Shown in pieces: positions 28,880-42,840 of a stretch of 64,000 nucleotides of DNA (position 1 is its first letter; the number at the start of each line of letters is the position of its first letter). The position numbers were made by a program, and so were the translations under genes. Where the stretch lies: contig OZ234493.1 of assembly GCA_965153455.1 (NCBI GenBank), positions 682,001 to 746,000 of the forward strand. The letters are read 5' to 3'. Under the pieces are notes generated by a model. The model searched no databases and was not told the origin of the DNA. It saw nothing but the letters and a program-made list of their open reading frames with translations. Origin of the DNA: Sphagnum compactum (taxonomy: Eukaryota).

Positions 28880-30350
28880 TAATAATGTATCAAGTTATAG
28901 CACATGCAGTTTCATTGCAACAAGTAATTATTACACAACATTGGAGTATGATGAGTGCATTGTTGTTTTTTCAAAGTTTGTTGACATTCCATTAAGAGTT
29001 CGAAGCATATGGAGGTATGAAAATGCGGTTGGATACATGGAAAATCAAATTTTTGGGAGTTTTTTTGTAAAGATGCACTACTACAAAATGTGGGTGCAGT
29101 TCACTAGTCCTCCTTCACTAGATCAGTGAATTCACTGCTTTTTCACTGGTCCCCGTCCACTACAACCAGTGAATTCACTCAAAATCTAGCGAAATCACTT
29201 GGCGTACAGGGACACCTTTTGTTGTAGTGATGTTTCAACAAGATACAAGGTTAAGCTATGACACATTCCGTGCTTTGATTAGGATTATAGGTTTAAGTAT
29301 TGAATGAAGAAATACAAACATGAAAAAAAACCCTTGTGAAAGCTAGAGTAGCAATGGCTTTTCAAATTGGGTAGTGCAAATCCATTACAAGTGTGTGCTA
29401 AAGTCTACAACATTGTAAAAAATACAACAACAATTATAATGAGAGAATTTTATGCAACAATTAGAAATCATTTGAAACCATTGATATATTTAAATTGATT
29501 AGAAACAAGATTTTTTAAATCACAACTAGTTTTGAAAGCCTACATGGAATTCCTTACATTGTAGGTGCCATAAATGGTTGTCATATTCCAATTTTTGCAA
29601 CTAAAATAGATCCAAAATCATATAATTGTCAAAAAGGATTTTACTCCACATTGATTCAAGGAGTTGTAGATGCAAAATCTAGTTTTTGGGATTATGATTA
29701 TGGATGAACATGTAATATTTGTGATTGGGTTCTTTTTCAAAAAAATAGATTTAGGAAATTATGTGATGAAAAACAAGTTTTTACATTATAAGTTCATAGG
29801 AGATATATCGTTTATTCAATATGGCGAGAATTCTATTATCCATTAAAAGGTGATAAAGATGGGCTGCTAAGATATCAAACACATTGAAATTTTACCCTTT
29901 CAAGTATAAACATGTTAATGAAAAGATTTTTTGGAATGTTAAAAGGAAGGTTTAGAATATTACCAAATATATATATTTTTCATTTTGCTACATGTTAGAT
30001 TTGGTGACAGCTTGCATATGTTTGCATAACATGAGTGTTGCCAATTTGAAAGGCTTTGATATAGATTGCACTTTGGAATTTTTTTAAAACACCAAAAATA
30101 AATTCAAAGTTTGGCAACATCAAAGGAGTTGATATGTTCAAAATGGCTGAAGAAGCAATCAAACAAATAAAAAAGTTACAAAATCGAAGAATAATGGATG
30201 ATGATCACATTGACATGGAGGACATAGAACATCAAGGTGAAGATGGACATATGAAAACCATTGAAAATAATCCCAACAAGAAAACGAAATAACAAAGGAA
30301 TATGAAAATGTCAACAAGGCTATGACAATTCATGAATTTTTAATAAAAAA
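28880..30350 (+). pseudogene. PIF/Harbinger DDE transposase (HARBI1/DDE_Tnp_4-like) remnant
   Basis: FQQDTRLSYDTFRAL, IVGAINGCHIPI, QKGFYSTLIQGVVDAK..FWDYDYG, FGMLKGRFRIL, ACICLHN; stops and frameshifts. Confidence 0.85.
29076..29229. mobile_element. 154-bp mini-CACTA inserted in the Harbinger transposase
   Basis: CACTACTACAAAA...TTTTGTTGTAGTG (12/13 TIR), ATG TSD at 29073-75 and 29230-32, internal TTCACT/AGTGAA repeats. Confidence 0.92.
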
Positions 30351-30439
30351 AACTTGAAATTAGTTTGAAAAAAACAGTAATGTTGTTTTTCCAAATACAT
30401 ATGAATTCGGATTAAATTGTGATAAATGATTCAAAACTC

Positions 30440-32009
30440 AAATGTTATGTAACCTATAACTTATTTATGAAACTTCCAATATGGACATCCATATTTTGAA
30501 TAAAAACATTGGTTTTCGCAAATTATTGTAACATTGTTGTATTATTTTCAGCCATGGGTAAAAAATGTTCATAAACATTGGTTTTGCCTTCTGTTTTTTG
30601 TAAATTGCATTTGAAATGAAAGGTCTATTCAAGGGTTTTTATATTACCATTATCCTTAGAACCACTATCAAATTATGTTGAAAATTCTAGATTACCTGCA
30701 ATGTCATCAATTTCATTTGTAAAAACATTCATGTGGTTCATCACATTTTTAATTTGATGTGACCAACTATCCGATGCATCATAGAAAGGACATTCATGAC
30801 GATCATTATTTGAAATCTCATTTATAATCTTGTCATCCTTATATTGCTTATAAATTGCATTGAATTTTCATTTGCAAGTAATTAAAATCCTTGAAAAACT
30901 AAGGATTGAAGCCAACATTCGAGTGTGCAATTTGCACAATGTATCCATTTTTAAAGAAGAAAAAAATTAGGATAAATAACCAAGATTCATGAATTGAAAA
31001 TAGTCCTTGAAACAAAAAGTCATAATTGATTACATTGATAAAGTTAATGTAATTTAGGGTGAAAGCCCACTACGGTGACTCCTTTTGGGGCACTTTTGGG
31101 TTTAGTATTATAATACATACAATATAATTACTCCAAAAGTATTGTACATTTAATTTTGGGTATCAAATTTGGTTTTTGGGCCCTCCAATTATTATTTCTA
31201 CAAAATTGATGTTATGTAATATTATTTTTAAAATAATAAAAGTATTCATTATCTATATTGAAGGATCCATGGATATATCTATAGTATAAAATAATATAAT
31301 AAAGCCATTGTCTTGTTTTGATTACATTAACTTTAAACCTTCACTAGTCATTAAAATAATAAATTTTAATGGATTTTAAAAAATGGCCCATCTAGCTATG
31401 CTTGTCATCTTCCATGTGAATATGATTACTTGTTTAAATTTTAATTTACCACACATTTATTGCATGCTAAAAAAAGTCATTTTTGAAATGAAAATTTTCA
31501 AATTAGTCACATGATATCCAAACATGGTTCAAATTATGTGAAATGACATGGTTCAATATACCTTCAACTTTCAACAAAAATAAAATAAAATAAAATAATT
31601 TATATTTCATTTTTGGAAAATTCAAACTCCATTTCTCCTTGTAGTGCAATCATATGTAATATACTTCACCATTTGTTCAAAGTTTTTAGCCTTTTCACTT
31701 TATTCATCTTCTTCTTTCATCATAACTAAAATTATTTTCTTATTTCTTATTGCTTTCTTTTTGGGAGCTAGAATCATGTATCTTCTTCAACTTGTGAAAA
31801 TGGGTGCTTCAACCTTCCATGACAATAACTTTTAGCCTCATTTATGAAACACTTTTATTTTATGCATCTACGAAGGCTGAAAATGTGTTGTTTCAAGCAA
31901 CAACCTAGTGTGGATTTATAAATTCAGCCATGTCAACACTAGATGTGTTAAAAAATGGAATGTTGGGTGTGTTTTCAACAATGTCCTCAATCCACAAGAT
32001 GTCTTCCAT
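30440..32009 (-). pseudogene. Myb/SANT (trihelix)-like partner ORF of the Harbinger element, convergent with the transposase
   Basis: TCK*KFNAIYKQYKDDKIINEISNNDRHECPFYDASDSW (~30760-30880); upstream exon with ...IALQGEMEFEFSK; ATG at 32009. Confidence 0.65.
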
Positions 32010-32499
32010 TCTTACACAAATTTCACTTAAAAAACAATGAAAAACAATGAAAGGGACAACCTTGGATCCTATCCTATATCTTGGTTATCCAATCCATGAA
32101 TATTTTTTTTAGCCTCATTTATTGGTTCAAACCAACTAAATTTCCTTCCAAAATGATGTTATGTAAATGCCACTTCAAATTGGCTTGAATTGGTTTTGGA
32201 TATTCATTTAAAGGCCTTGGGTTGAATTTATGGCTCTTGATCATAGGATTGTTCCATTTTGTTGGACCATCCCCCTTGGACCTTCATCTAAAGTTCCCCT
32301 ATATTTAATTATGTTATTTTCATTAATTTTTTCGACCCCAAATGCACCATGTGGGATGGATGGTGTGAAGGATAGGAAACACTTTTGGGTCATATTCTTA
32401 TCCCATAGCTAGCTTTTAAACAAAGTGGTTAACTATGTACAAACAATCCACATACATCTACCTACCTTGTCATCACCTATGTAGGGAGTTACCCATGTA

Positions 32500-32900
32500 C
32501 CGTAGTGCCACGAAAGGTTCGTTAATGAATTCGGGCTGGAGGCCGAAACGATCCTTTATTGGGCAAATAAATGACTTTTGGACTGCTGTAACGAACGTTT
32601 TCCCCCAAAACCGGACCTTTTGGCAATGCAGATCAGATCAATGCAATGTGCAGATGCAGATCAATGCAGAGTGCAGATAAATGCCTGTATGCTCAGAATG
32701 TTGCACATGTGTGCTTGCAACATCAAAACAAAAAAAAATGGAAATTGGCTTGGACCTGTAATGGACCTTTTTGGCAGATTACTGGACCTTTCCTTTGAAA
32801 ACAATGCATTTCATGTAGCACTGATGGACCTTTTCCAAAAAATTTCCTCAAGATTAAAATTGATCGTTACAGCCCACCCGAACCTTTCGTGGCACTACGG
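32500..32900. mobile_element. Tc1/mariner-type MITE, 401 bp
   Basis: Perfect 22-bp TIR CCGTAGTGCCACGAAAGGTTCG with TA on both sides; internal TGGACCTT and ATGCAGA repeats. Confidence 0.9.
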
Positions 32901-35900
32901 TAGTGTGAAGGGGAAGTTGAAAGGCTAAATAGGGGGTACCTCAATTGTGGAAATCAGAGACACCTTCCAATGGATGGTGCATTTGTGGGTGTTAGGTCAC
33001 ATAAACTTCATTTTCCTTACCTTTTAACTAGCTTCCTTGATCTTGCATACCAAGTGTAATATGTGAACTATTTATGAACAAAATTAACAAAAAAATCACA
33101 AACAATTTACCAATCAAATTTTTTTAATCCATTTTTAAACTGCCCAACACTTATCAATCCAAGACTTTATAGGAACCTTGTACAAATGAAAGAATTCTTG
33201 AATATTATTGAGTTTGAAAGTATGGAACATGTGAAACCAAATTTATTAGCTATAAAAATAGGTCTACAAAAAAGTGAAAAAGTTGTGAAAAATGGGCCCA
33301 ACATAAATTAGCTTTTTTTTTTTGTTGTCCCCACATCCAAATATTTCCTTGGAAAGAGTGGGTTTTTGGCAAGGATTTTTCCCACCTATCACAAGGCAAA
33401 AAAAAACTAAAATGATGTTTGCCCATAAAAAAAAAGATTATGGAAAAAAAATGTTTGTAAAATGGAAATACAAAGAAAAAAATAGCTTGTTAAAAGATAT
33501 AATAAAAATGTGCCAATGTAACTAAATGAGGGCATGGGTGAGCCATCACTTGTAGTGGTACCTTCACCTTCTTGAATTAGGCACTCATGAACTTGATAAG
33601 TGTCAAATTTGAAAATTGATAATTTAATCAAAAGTTGACTATTTATATCGATTAAAATGTCCCCAAAATAAGTAAGGGATTTTATCATGTTACCATTGTA
33701 GGTGTCATCCACCCAAGGCCAAACTGAGGTGATGAAAAAATACCTTTAGTATTATTGTAATTTGTGAAAAAAAATTTCAAAATAAAACATTAAGAACCAT
33801 TTGCAAGCTTCATAGAAGTTGGAAACTTTAGGTGTAAGGTTTAGGGCCCATCCTTTGGGGTATAAAGGATTTGGCTGAGGAATGACATCTCCTGCAACAA
33901 CAAATAATAGCCATAGAATAAAGAAGGAGAAAAATGCAACTTGTTGAACATGCCCCAACCAAGTTATAACCTTCCATTCAACAACAATGAAAGGTAAGGG
34001 TTTAAGGTGGGTGCTAATGGCAGAGGGGGAAAAAAAAAGGATTTAGAGATGGAGTTGAGTTCCAATGTGATGGTGTTGTCTGTGCATGGATGGATTTGAC
34101 AAGTTGATATTAGGCCAAACATAATGCCCAATGTTTAATATGCTAGGAATGGAGTTCCACACGTGGTGCATTTCTGCATCCCCTTCACCCAACAAACAAC
34201 ATCACTTGGTAGGTTAGTACTTCTTCAATTCTCTGTCATTATTCAACCATTCATAGTAATTTTCATTTTCACTAGTCACCTATTCCAAAATCCCTTGGGT
34301 CTTAACTTGTACTGTCCAATTTTACATGTTTTATGGATAGGGGACATATAATTGACATTATATTGAATGTGATAAACGTTTGTAGAGGCCCAAATAGATT
34401 CAAAAGAAGCTCCACAAATGCAACGCTTCATTGGAAGGAATTCTAATAAATTCATATTCACACTTTTCATCAAAGATCAAAATTGTTTACCAATGGTGGA
34501 TTATCAAAAGATGCATCTTTCACAAACCTCAAAAAGAAATTATCGTTGAAATTGAAATCTAGGTTTGTGAAATCCTTGCATTTAAGCAAAGTTGCACCAA
34601 AGGTGGTCCTAGGACCTAAATGACATGAACATAGAAATCATGCGTAACTTGTACAAAGCCTATTTGGAGGAATTTTACAAAAAAATTCAGGTATTTGCAA
34701 TGCACATGATCTTTGATATAGGTCTTGATTTCATTGGTGTATTGTTTTCTTATGGTATAATTGATGTCTTGTAATGCAAATTTTTTGCATTGACTTGAGC
34801 CATGTGTCTCCATTTACAGATGACATCAACTAAGACCATGTAAATTCTGTTAATTTTTGGCTTGTAACAAAAACTTGGTGGGGCAACAGCTACAATCTTG
34901 AATGATTTGCTTGCTTTTGAAATTAATCGCAGAATTGTTGGCATTATAATAAACAAGAAAATTCTAACAAATCCTTGAACATAGCTATTTAAATAGGCCC
35001 CCAATTTGACATCTTCATCATATTTTGCTTTTGTTACATTTTTTGATAGCACTACTAACACTATCTTTTGAAGGCGTTGCAAGGGAGACAAGGAGCATAT
35101 CAATTTGAAAATCAATCTCGATAACAACAGTAGGGAGAAGAAATGATGAAGGAGGAGAAGATAGATAGGGAAAAGCCAAGAATGCAAAACTTGCACTCTG
35201 AAGTTGTTCTTGTTTGATATTACTAGAAGTTCCCATAACTTGGCCGTTCTAATCTTGTTGTTTTTCATCTTCGACCTTCTTTGGCAGGAAACCAACAATT
35301 GGAAAACGGAAGTTGAGGCTTTTGGGAATTGTTGTTCCCTATGCAAAAAGGTAAAAAAATTGTAGAAAGTCACGGAGGTAATTTGTCATGGTGGAAAAAA
35401 TGTCCTTGCACAACTGAGTCAATTCTTGTTCTTTTGCGACAATGGTGGTGTGACTAGAATCGAAATCATCTTTTCTGTGATCATCCAAAGCAAGAACTCC
35501 TATGTCCTTGTTCTTACTTGATCTATTCCCTATTATCTACACTAGCTGATCTTGATTTTGACTACAAATTTAGAAACACATCCACATTTAGTGAAAAAGG
35601 TTTAGTGAATTGAAGACAACTCCCAACACCCATTACTTTGATCAACCATAGCTCTTTAACATCTTGTCAAACTTTTTTGGTTCTAGAAAACTATTGTATT
35701 TCACATGAAACATTAGAGCATAAAGGATGGAGACGTTATCGGCAATCTAGGACTATGTGAATCTCTACTACCTAGGTGACTTCTTTGTAGGTATTCCAAA
35801 TTGCCATTTAAGCAACATATGATTTTTGGGTGTAAATAACATTTGGCCATTATTTCAGTTTTGGAGATGAACTAGGTGAAAATGACAAGAAAAAAGGTTT

Positions 35901-37076
35901 CCAAAAATGCAAATGCATATGCTAATGGTAATAAGTAAATTGATGCAAGAAAAACAACCCATTTGCACAACATTGCATCTCATCTTGCGACATGAGAAGC
36001 CTAACCTACACATCAATTACACGTTAATAGTCACACAATAACAAGAAGATCACAAGGAGTCGGATCGTTGACATCATCAGAAGTAGCAATGACAGTGAAA
36101 TCTTACAACATGAAAAACTTGAGCTATGCATCACTTGTAGCAATCATCACACAACAATAGTAAGCAACATTAGCAAGATAACAAGGGAGTCAGATTGTCG
36201 ACAACTTCAAGAGCAACATTAATGACAATGAAATTGCCGATGGACACACAAAGACAAACACAACAACCTAGAGCAGATTAACAATAAACAAAGGGGGAGA
36301 GAAAGACAGACCTCAAAGAGATGAGAGGGAGAGAGGGAGAGAATTGTGGCAATGGAAACGAAAAGGAGAGAGAGAGAATTGTAGTGGCCATTGCCCCAAC
36401 ATTCTTCTCTCACATCTACATCTTGGCAGAGACGAGCATATTGGCCCATGTGGCCTCACAATGATCCTCGATTTTAGGATACTAGGCTATTGTTCAAAAA
36501 AAGTAAAAAATCAAAACCCTTTAAAGCCTTGTGACTATGTGGCTTGTGTTGCAAATATTTGACCTTATTACAATTTTTGAAAAATATAAACGATAATAAA
36601 AAAAATCCAAACTTAATTAGAAATATATTTTCTAATTTATAGGAGGTAAGGTATCCTCTCATAAGTTTTTAAGTGTTTGTCCATAGGGTCTAAAATGCGT
36701 GAAAATAAGGGCCTTATATGTTCTTCCAAGTTTTTTCAAACTACAAGACCCCCCTAACTTTTGGGGGTCATAACTTTCTCATTCTAGTTCATAATCAACT
36801 TCTGTAAAGGCCTCCTAATGCTTTAGCTCAAGGGGCAACTAAACTTTTTTTTTTGACCATGACCAGAAAATGGCTGATTACTGAACCCCTGGAGTTTGAA
36901 GCCTTAAGTGTTCGGTCATGGGCTGGTTTACCCTATTACCTATTGGAAATTTGAGTTCAAATGTTTTGATCATTTTAATACTAGCAGCTTATCACATAAT
37001 GACTCTGCATTTTATGTCAGGTTCGAACTTTACACTAAAATCTTCCCTTACTGAGTTTAGAACTGCTCATCTAGCT

Positions 37077-37191
37077 ACATGCCTACCCATCAACATATGC
37101 ACATGACATGCCTACCCATCAACATATGCACATGACATTCCTACCCATCAACATATGCACATGACATTCCTAACCATCAATATATGCACAC
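37077..37191. repeat. Minisatellite, 4 x 29 bp
   Basis: ACATGCCTACCCATCAACATATGCACATG repeated. Confidence 0.95.
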
Positions 37192-37923
37192 ATAGTACTT
37201 CAGATGTTACTCACACATTGGGTCAATTTCAAGCCAAAATTATTCCCAAATCCTACATTGATGTGTAGTCGCTTCCCTATGGGCAGAGCCAAGTTCCAAC
37301 AAACAAATGACAGTTTTATTTTTGTCATCTAACCAGAGTTAACCAGCAACCCACATGACCATGACTTGAATGGATGGTGAGTGGTCAGCAAACAGTTATT
37401 TGTTGGTTTCCAGTTCCCTGGTTAACCATGGTGGTTAGCTCAGTTGCAAATTTTTCACTACCTACCTCCTAACAAGGGGCAAAGCAGGTCATTTAGTAGG
37501 TAGAATAAAATCAACCCTTACCCTATGTATAAACAATCTACTTACCTAGTAAGCACCTATTTTCTTACCTGTTTACCTATCTGTAGGACCTACTATTACA
37601 GATTGGTAGGTTACCAAGGGTTTGAGTAGATATTAACTCAGTTGAGGATGAAGTTCATCCTCAATTGAGTCATAATAGACATCCAGTGGATGGTTTTGGC
37701 TGGCTGGCTGGTGGGGTGCTGGGTTCACTCTTTCCTTGTCATCTGTTGTTCTTGCCAGGTTCTTTCATAAAGAGCTAGCTAGCCCTAAATTTAGCTTTAA
37801 GCATAAAATCAGCCAGCTGGGATGGAACAGCGCTTCGCTTGTTGTGGTCCTGGCCTGGCGGACTCGTGGGTGGCACGCATTTGCTAGCCATTTGCAACAA
37901 TACACGCTCAGATTCCGGGTTCC

Positions 37924-38024
37924 GACACGTGGTGGACGTTACTTACAGGTGGCGACAGTGCCAACGTGTCTGACAATTTTTCGAATTCAAAATTTTGGGC
38001 ACTGTGTGTTTTACTCCACGTGTC
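37924..38024. promoter_or_regulatory. Distal ABRE/G-box cluster
   Basis: GACACGTGG (37924), ACGTGTC (37964) and CACGTGTC (38017) within 100 bp of CpG-retaining sequence. Confidence 0.55.
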
Positions 38025-38169
38025 CATGTTTACTGTGCCATTGTTTGTACTGTGTGAACAGCGGAATTGTTTTGGTGCCAAATTTTCGCCAAAAATTTGA
38101 CCCCAATAAATTTTTTTGCGAATGTTCTTTCGGAAACTCCCTGTTTAAAAGATTTGCCAAACTTTCGAA

Positions 38170-38242
38170 TTTATTTATTTATTTATTTATATATTGATTT
38201 ATTATTATGATTATGATTATGATTATTATTATTATTATTATT
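38170..38242. repeat. Compound microsatellite (ATTT)n/(ATT/ATG)n
   Basis: Directly visible. Confidence 0.9.
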
Positions 38243-39596
38243 TCCCACAATTTTATTTTTCCACATTTGGACACAGTTTTTGGTTTTGGGGCAGTTTAAA
38301 AGAGTTCTTGGACAGTTTGAGTGTGATGTAGCCACACTGGCAATTATCGACAAGAGGATTAGCCAAATTTGGCTACAGTTCATAGAGGAAATTTTTTTAA
38401 ATTGAAGAATCCTGATATATTTTGCTACCTATTGTCTAAATATGGTGATTGTAAATAAATACAAATCCTGCAAATCTGGAGAGTTTGGCACATTTTTTTT
38501 CACAAAAATCCTTTGTATTAGTTACACTGGAAATTTTTGGTTGCCAAGTGGCCAAGATGAAACCCAGAAAAAAACCCTTATCACACAATATTGAAAGAAT
38601 ACAACACTGCATGTGAACAACCACTTTTGTTGCCTGAATATATGCATTATTAAATTCCTCTTAGAATTTGCTCCCTAGCCTACTAGGTTTGAAGACCAAA
38701 GAAAATGAAACATGCGGAAAGAAGAGAATTATGGCTACATATAGAGCATTTCTGGACTTGAAAATTTGAATCCCATGATGAAAACCACAGTTATGGCAAC
38801 ATTGTTTATTTCCCCCCTTTTCTTGCATTAGTCTTTTCTGTGGAATGCAATCAAATTCATGTTAAAACATCAACACAATTCCCCTTGTTGAAGACTAAAT
38901 GTTATAATTTTGCGCAAACTAATTTTCTTTTTCTGAAAACCTGGACACCCATGCAAAACTGAAGGCCAAAAAACCTTCCCCCAAATTATGACATGTGTGC
39001 TCATCATATTTGTTGTTGTTTTTCTTTGCACTGTCATTGATTGCAATAGACTAGTAAACCCAAATGAAGTATTGCCACATATCCAAGTCTACTCAAAATA
39101 CCCACAACACCTAATAATTTCTTAATTCTCTTTCCCTCAATTTCAATTAAGTTGATGTAAACTTGACTCAACTAGTGTTAGGCATGTATATGATTTTAGA
39201 CGTACCCTTCCCCTAAATAAATGTAAGGGGCAAACTTCAATTCACACTTCGTGTAAGTGTAAAACTTATCATCCACATCCATATAAGTGTAAATATGTAA
39301 CCTTGGAATTGAAAGTGTAAAACCATGTAAATGTAGCCAAACTGGCAATCATCCACAAGAGAAAATTAGCCAAAATTGGCTGCAAATCAGAGAGGAAAGT
39401 AAATTAATTGTATTTCCATTTTTACTTACCTCATTGGTGGACTTTCTGTCCAAGTGGGTTAGTCGGTTCTGCATGCCAGCCAGCAATTTGCATGTACCAG
39501 CAAAGCAGCGCCAGCGCAGCAGAAGTTTTTGGAAGTCCAGAATTTGCACTCCAAAGTCCAGAATCTGCAAACTCTAGCTTTGGAAACAGAGGTTGC

Positions 39597-39720
39597 CAAC
39601 GTTGTGTCTGTTGTCACGTGGCGGTTCTCCAGACTGCCATCTAACAACTGCTTGCCAAAAACTCTCCAAAATTTCACAAACGTGGTGAGCGCACACACAT
39701 TCACGGAGCTCAAATATAAA
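39597..39720 (+). promoter_or_regulatory. Proximal promoter of the RCI2/PMP3 gene: ABREs and TATA box
   Basis: CAACGTTG 39597, CACGTGGC 39615, AACGTGG 39679, TATAAA 39715; CT-rich leader follows. Confidence 0.7.
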
Positions 39721-39909
39721 GCCCTGGCATCCCACCAAGCTCTACTGCATCTGCATCTTCTCTGCTGCAATTATCTGCATTCAGCTGCTGTTTTCTGACG
39801 CTTAATTTTTTGCATAGTGTCAGCCGTTAGAGACACTCTCTCTCTCACTCTCTCTCACTCTTTTGGAAAAGCAGCTCTCTCACTCAAGTGGGGTTGTAGT
39901 ACAGCAAAA

Positions 39910-40448
39910 ATGCCGGTCGGAACCAGAGGGACGTATACCTTCATTGATGTGTTGTTGGCCATCATCTTGCCTCCTTTGGGAGTGTTCCTGAAATATGGGT
40001 GCCAGGTGAGTTTTCTATCAGCTCATACGTCACTGTTAAACATCTTCGATTTGAGCCCCGGGCATGGTAGATACTCAAATTTTGTGGTCAGAGATCATGT
40101 AGAGGAAAAGTTCAATTGCAAAGTGGGTTTGTTCCAAACAGTGGATTCTTTTCATTGTAGTTTTTCAATTCTTTCCTTCCTTGTTGCTTCCCCCAGCATA
40201 CATGTGCAAAAGAAGTACTTGTTAGAGATGTAGAAATTAAGCTCAAAATGCAAAATGGTGTTTGTTTCAAACAAGAGGTGATTGTTTCAATGGAGACAAC
40301 AATCAGAATCAGACTACTGTCCCAAGAATGAATTAAAACAATGCCATGATTTTGATGTTTGCAGACGGAGTTCTGGATCTGCCTGCTCTTGACAATCTTG
40401 GGATATATTCCCGGGATTCTTTATGCCCTCTGGGTCCTCGTTGGTTAG
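39910..40448 (+). CDS. RCI2: PMP3/RCI2 (UPF0057, LTI6-like) hydrophobic membrane protein, 59 aa; exons 39910-40005 and 40365-40448
   Basis: Spliced (CAG|GTGAG ... TTTGCAG|ACG, phase 0): MPVGTRGTYTFIDVLLAIILPPLGVFLKYGCQ-TEFWICLLLTILGYIPGILYALWVLVG*; the symbol denotes the family, not an orthologue. Confidence 0.97.
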
Positions 40449-41504
40449 ACAAATACTTAGTATTGCAGCAGTACTGAGGTCTGAGTAAGAATTTTCTTAT
40501 TCCCAAACAGAGGTTGAAACTCGCACAATGGGGTAGAAAAATCTTCTACAGAAAACCTCTATCTGGTAATTGCACAGCAGATCCGAATTTTGAGATATGT
40601 TTTCTGAAGGAAAGCTACTCTACTGAGTGAGTGACCATTTCATTTGTCAAATGATCGATGAATGAATGTTTCTCTCTCTCGCAGCTACATATACTGTAAC
40701 TTTCAAAACACTAATTTTATTTGATTCTCGCTCATTTCCAATTCTTCCAAGTTTGTGTGTACCTGTTTTTTTCCCATTTTTTATAATGTAGCATCATTCC
40801 CAAGCATCCTAAGAAAGAATTCACATCCCAAGGAAGATTTAGCTTTAATTGATGACAAATGAGTTAATTGGGTTGTAAAACAATTAATGTTCACAAGTAA
40901 TGTGCAAAAACCTTTGTCTGTATTGCATATTAAACTCTTACTTCGCCCAAGATAACTAATAAAACAATATTTTTTTGAAAATTATTTATTTGGCGCAAAT
41001 GGAAGAAAAATTCCATAAAAAAAAGAAAATAATTTAAAAAAAAATAAATTAGACCACCAAATCTAGCAATCCCATTACTCTGAAAAGCAAAATCATTCAT
41101 AACTACACAAATCCTATTTTGCTGAACATTGAAAATAATGGTACATCTCAAAATCAGTCCACCAAATTCACCAAGTTCATTGTCCATGACATTTTTTCTT
41201 CACACCTGCAGAAGCCTCTTCAACACCCTCTTTTTATTGTACACTAATACGGCCATGACGGCACCAGTTGGTGGCCGTTCTGTCCATAGGATGGGCTGGA
41301 TGATTCACCTTTTTCTCATTCATCTCTTTACCTTCCATTAACCAACATTCTACCACAGTCGATCTTTTTTGGCTGCTAACCTTTGACCATTTTTTTTTCA
41401 TTGCCAATTTTTTCTCAACCCTGACCTCCATACTACCCACCCACCTAGCTACTATATTGACCTAAATCTTAGCCCTGCCTACTAACTAACAATTAATCCT
41501 TTAC

Positions 41505-42035
41505 TTACTTTGGCAAAACTCTTATCTCTTCTTGGCTAAACCTATATTTCTTCTTAGCTAAACTTATAATTTTTTTTAGTTAAACTTTTATCTCTTGGCA
41601 AAACTTATTTTTTTTAGTGATTGAATTTTTATCTCTTGGCTAAACTTATATATTTATTGGCTAACTTTTATTTCTTCACTAAACTTATATTTTTTCTTGA
41701 CTAAACTTCTATCTCTTGGCTAAACCTATATATCTTACTAGTTAACTTTTATTTTTTGCATAAACCTATATATTTTACTGGCTAAACTTCTCTCTTTTAA
41801 CAAAACCTTTACTCTTTTGGCTAAATCTATATTCTTTTTGGTTAAACTTATATTTCTTGACTAAACTTATATCCCTTGGCAAAACCTATATATCTTTTTA
41901 GTTAAAATTATTTTTCTTAGTTAAACCTATATTTCTTCTTGGTTAAATTTGTATATTTTGGCTAAACCTATATTTCTTCTTAGCTAAACTTCTATTTCTT
42001 GGCAAATTCTATATATCTTCTTGGTTAAACTTCTA
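41505..42035. repeat. Degenerate ~20-22-bp tandem array
   Basis: TTGGCTAAAC(C/T)TATAT(T/C)TC-like unit, roughly two dozen copies. Confidence 0.85.
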
Positions 42036-42840
42036 CCTAATTCCTACTCCAGAAATTAACCAAAAAAGTATATACATTTTTCAGTAATGCCAGTTTAATT
42101 ATTTGTAAAACATCTACTTATTGGCAAAACTACCAACCCACACGTCATTATACCTCCCTATGCACTTGCAAATTATGGACTTCAATTACAAAAATTATAA
42201 TGTAAAATTTGGGTATTGCAATTGTGAAATTTTTTTGGCGGCAATCTTCTACCTCCACTCTGGACCATTTAATGCAAGATGTACTTAGTTTAATTAAAGA
42301 ATAGGCTTGATAAATATAGAGTTAAAAAAACATCAAATATTTATGAATATTTGCACAATTTTTAATATTAATCAAAATAAATCCTAGGTTGGATTTTGGG
42401 GGGAAATTTGACCAAATTTTCACATACAAATACTTGCAACAAGATGCATTTTATCTCTTTTGAAAGTGAATGAAGAAAGTCTCAAGTTGAAGTGACCACA
42501 CTAAAGGTAAGAGAATAAACTCTTATTTCATTCATTTAATTTTTTCTTTTCATTGTGTTTCAATTTTAATTCATCACTCACTCCTAAAAGATTATTTTGT
42601 ATGGCATTTGTATATGTTTATATAGTTATTAATTTTTATGACATTTAGCATTAAAATTGTTTAGGTTTATATATAAATTTTTGGGGTAATTAGTTTTAAA
42701 CTCTAAGGCTAATGCTTCCATTCATTATAATTTTTAAAATTCAAAACATAGTTGTTATAAATGTTTTTTGTATTCCATTTGTAGTTTTGTTTGTATAATC
42801 ATTAGGTTGAGAACATTTATCATTAGGATTATTTAAGGCT

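Noticed and set aside
33900-35400. 207-aa ORF and scattered Cys motifs (KCTTCG, RCICG)
   Set aside because: Looks like decayed coding DNA, but no family could be assigned
39817-40233. 138-aa ORF as the RCI2 product
   Set aside because: It reads through the intron; the spliced 59-aa product fits the family
41242-41252. CACTAATACGG as a CACTA terminus
   Set aside because: No matching TAGTG end, TSD or subterminal repeats found; the hairpin plus TTAG reading fits better, though it is not proven
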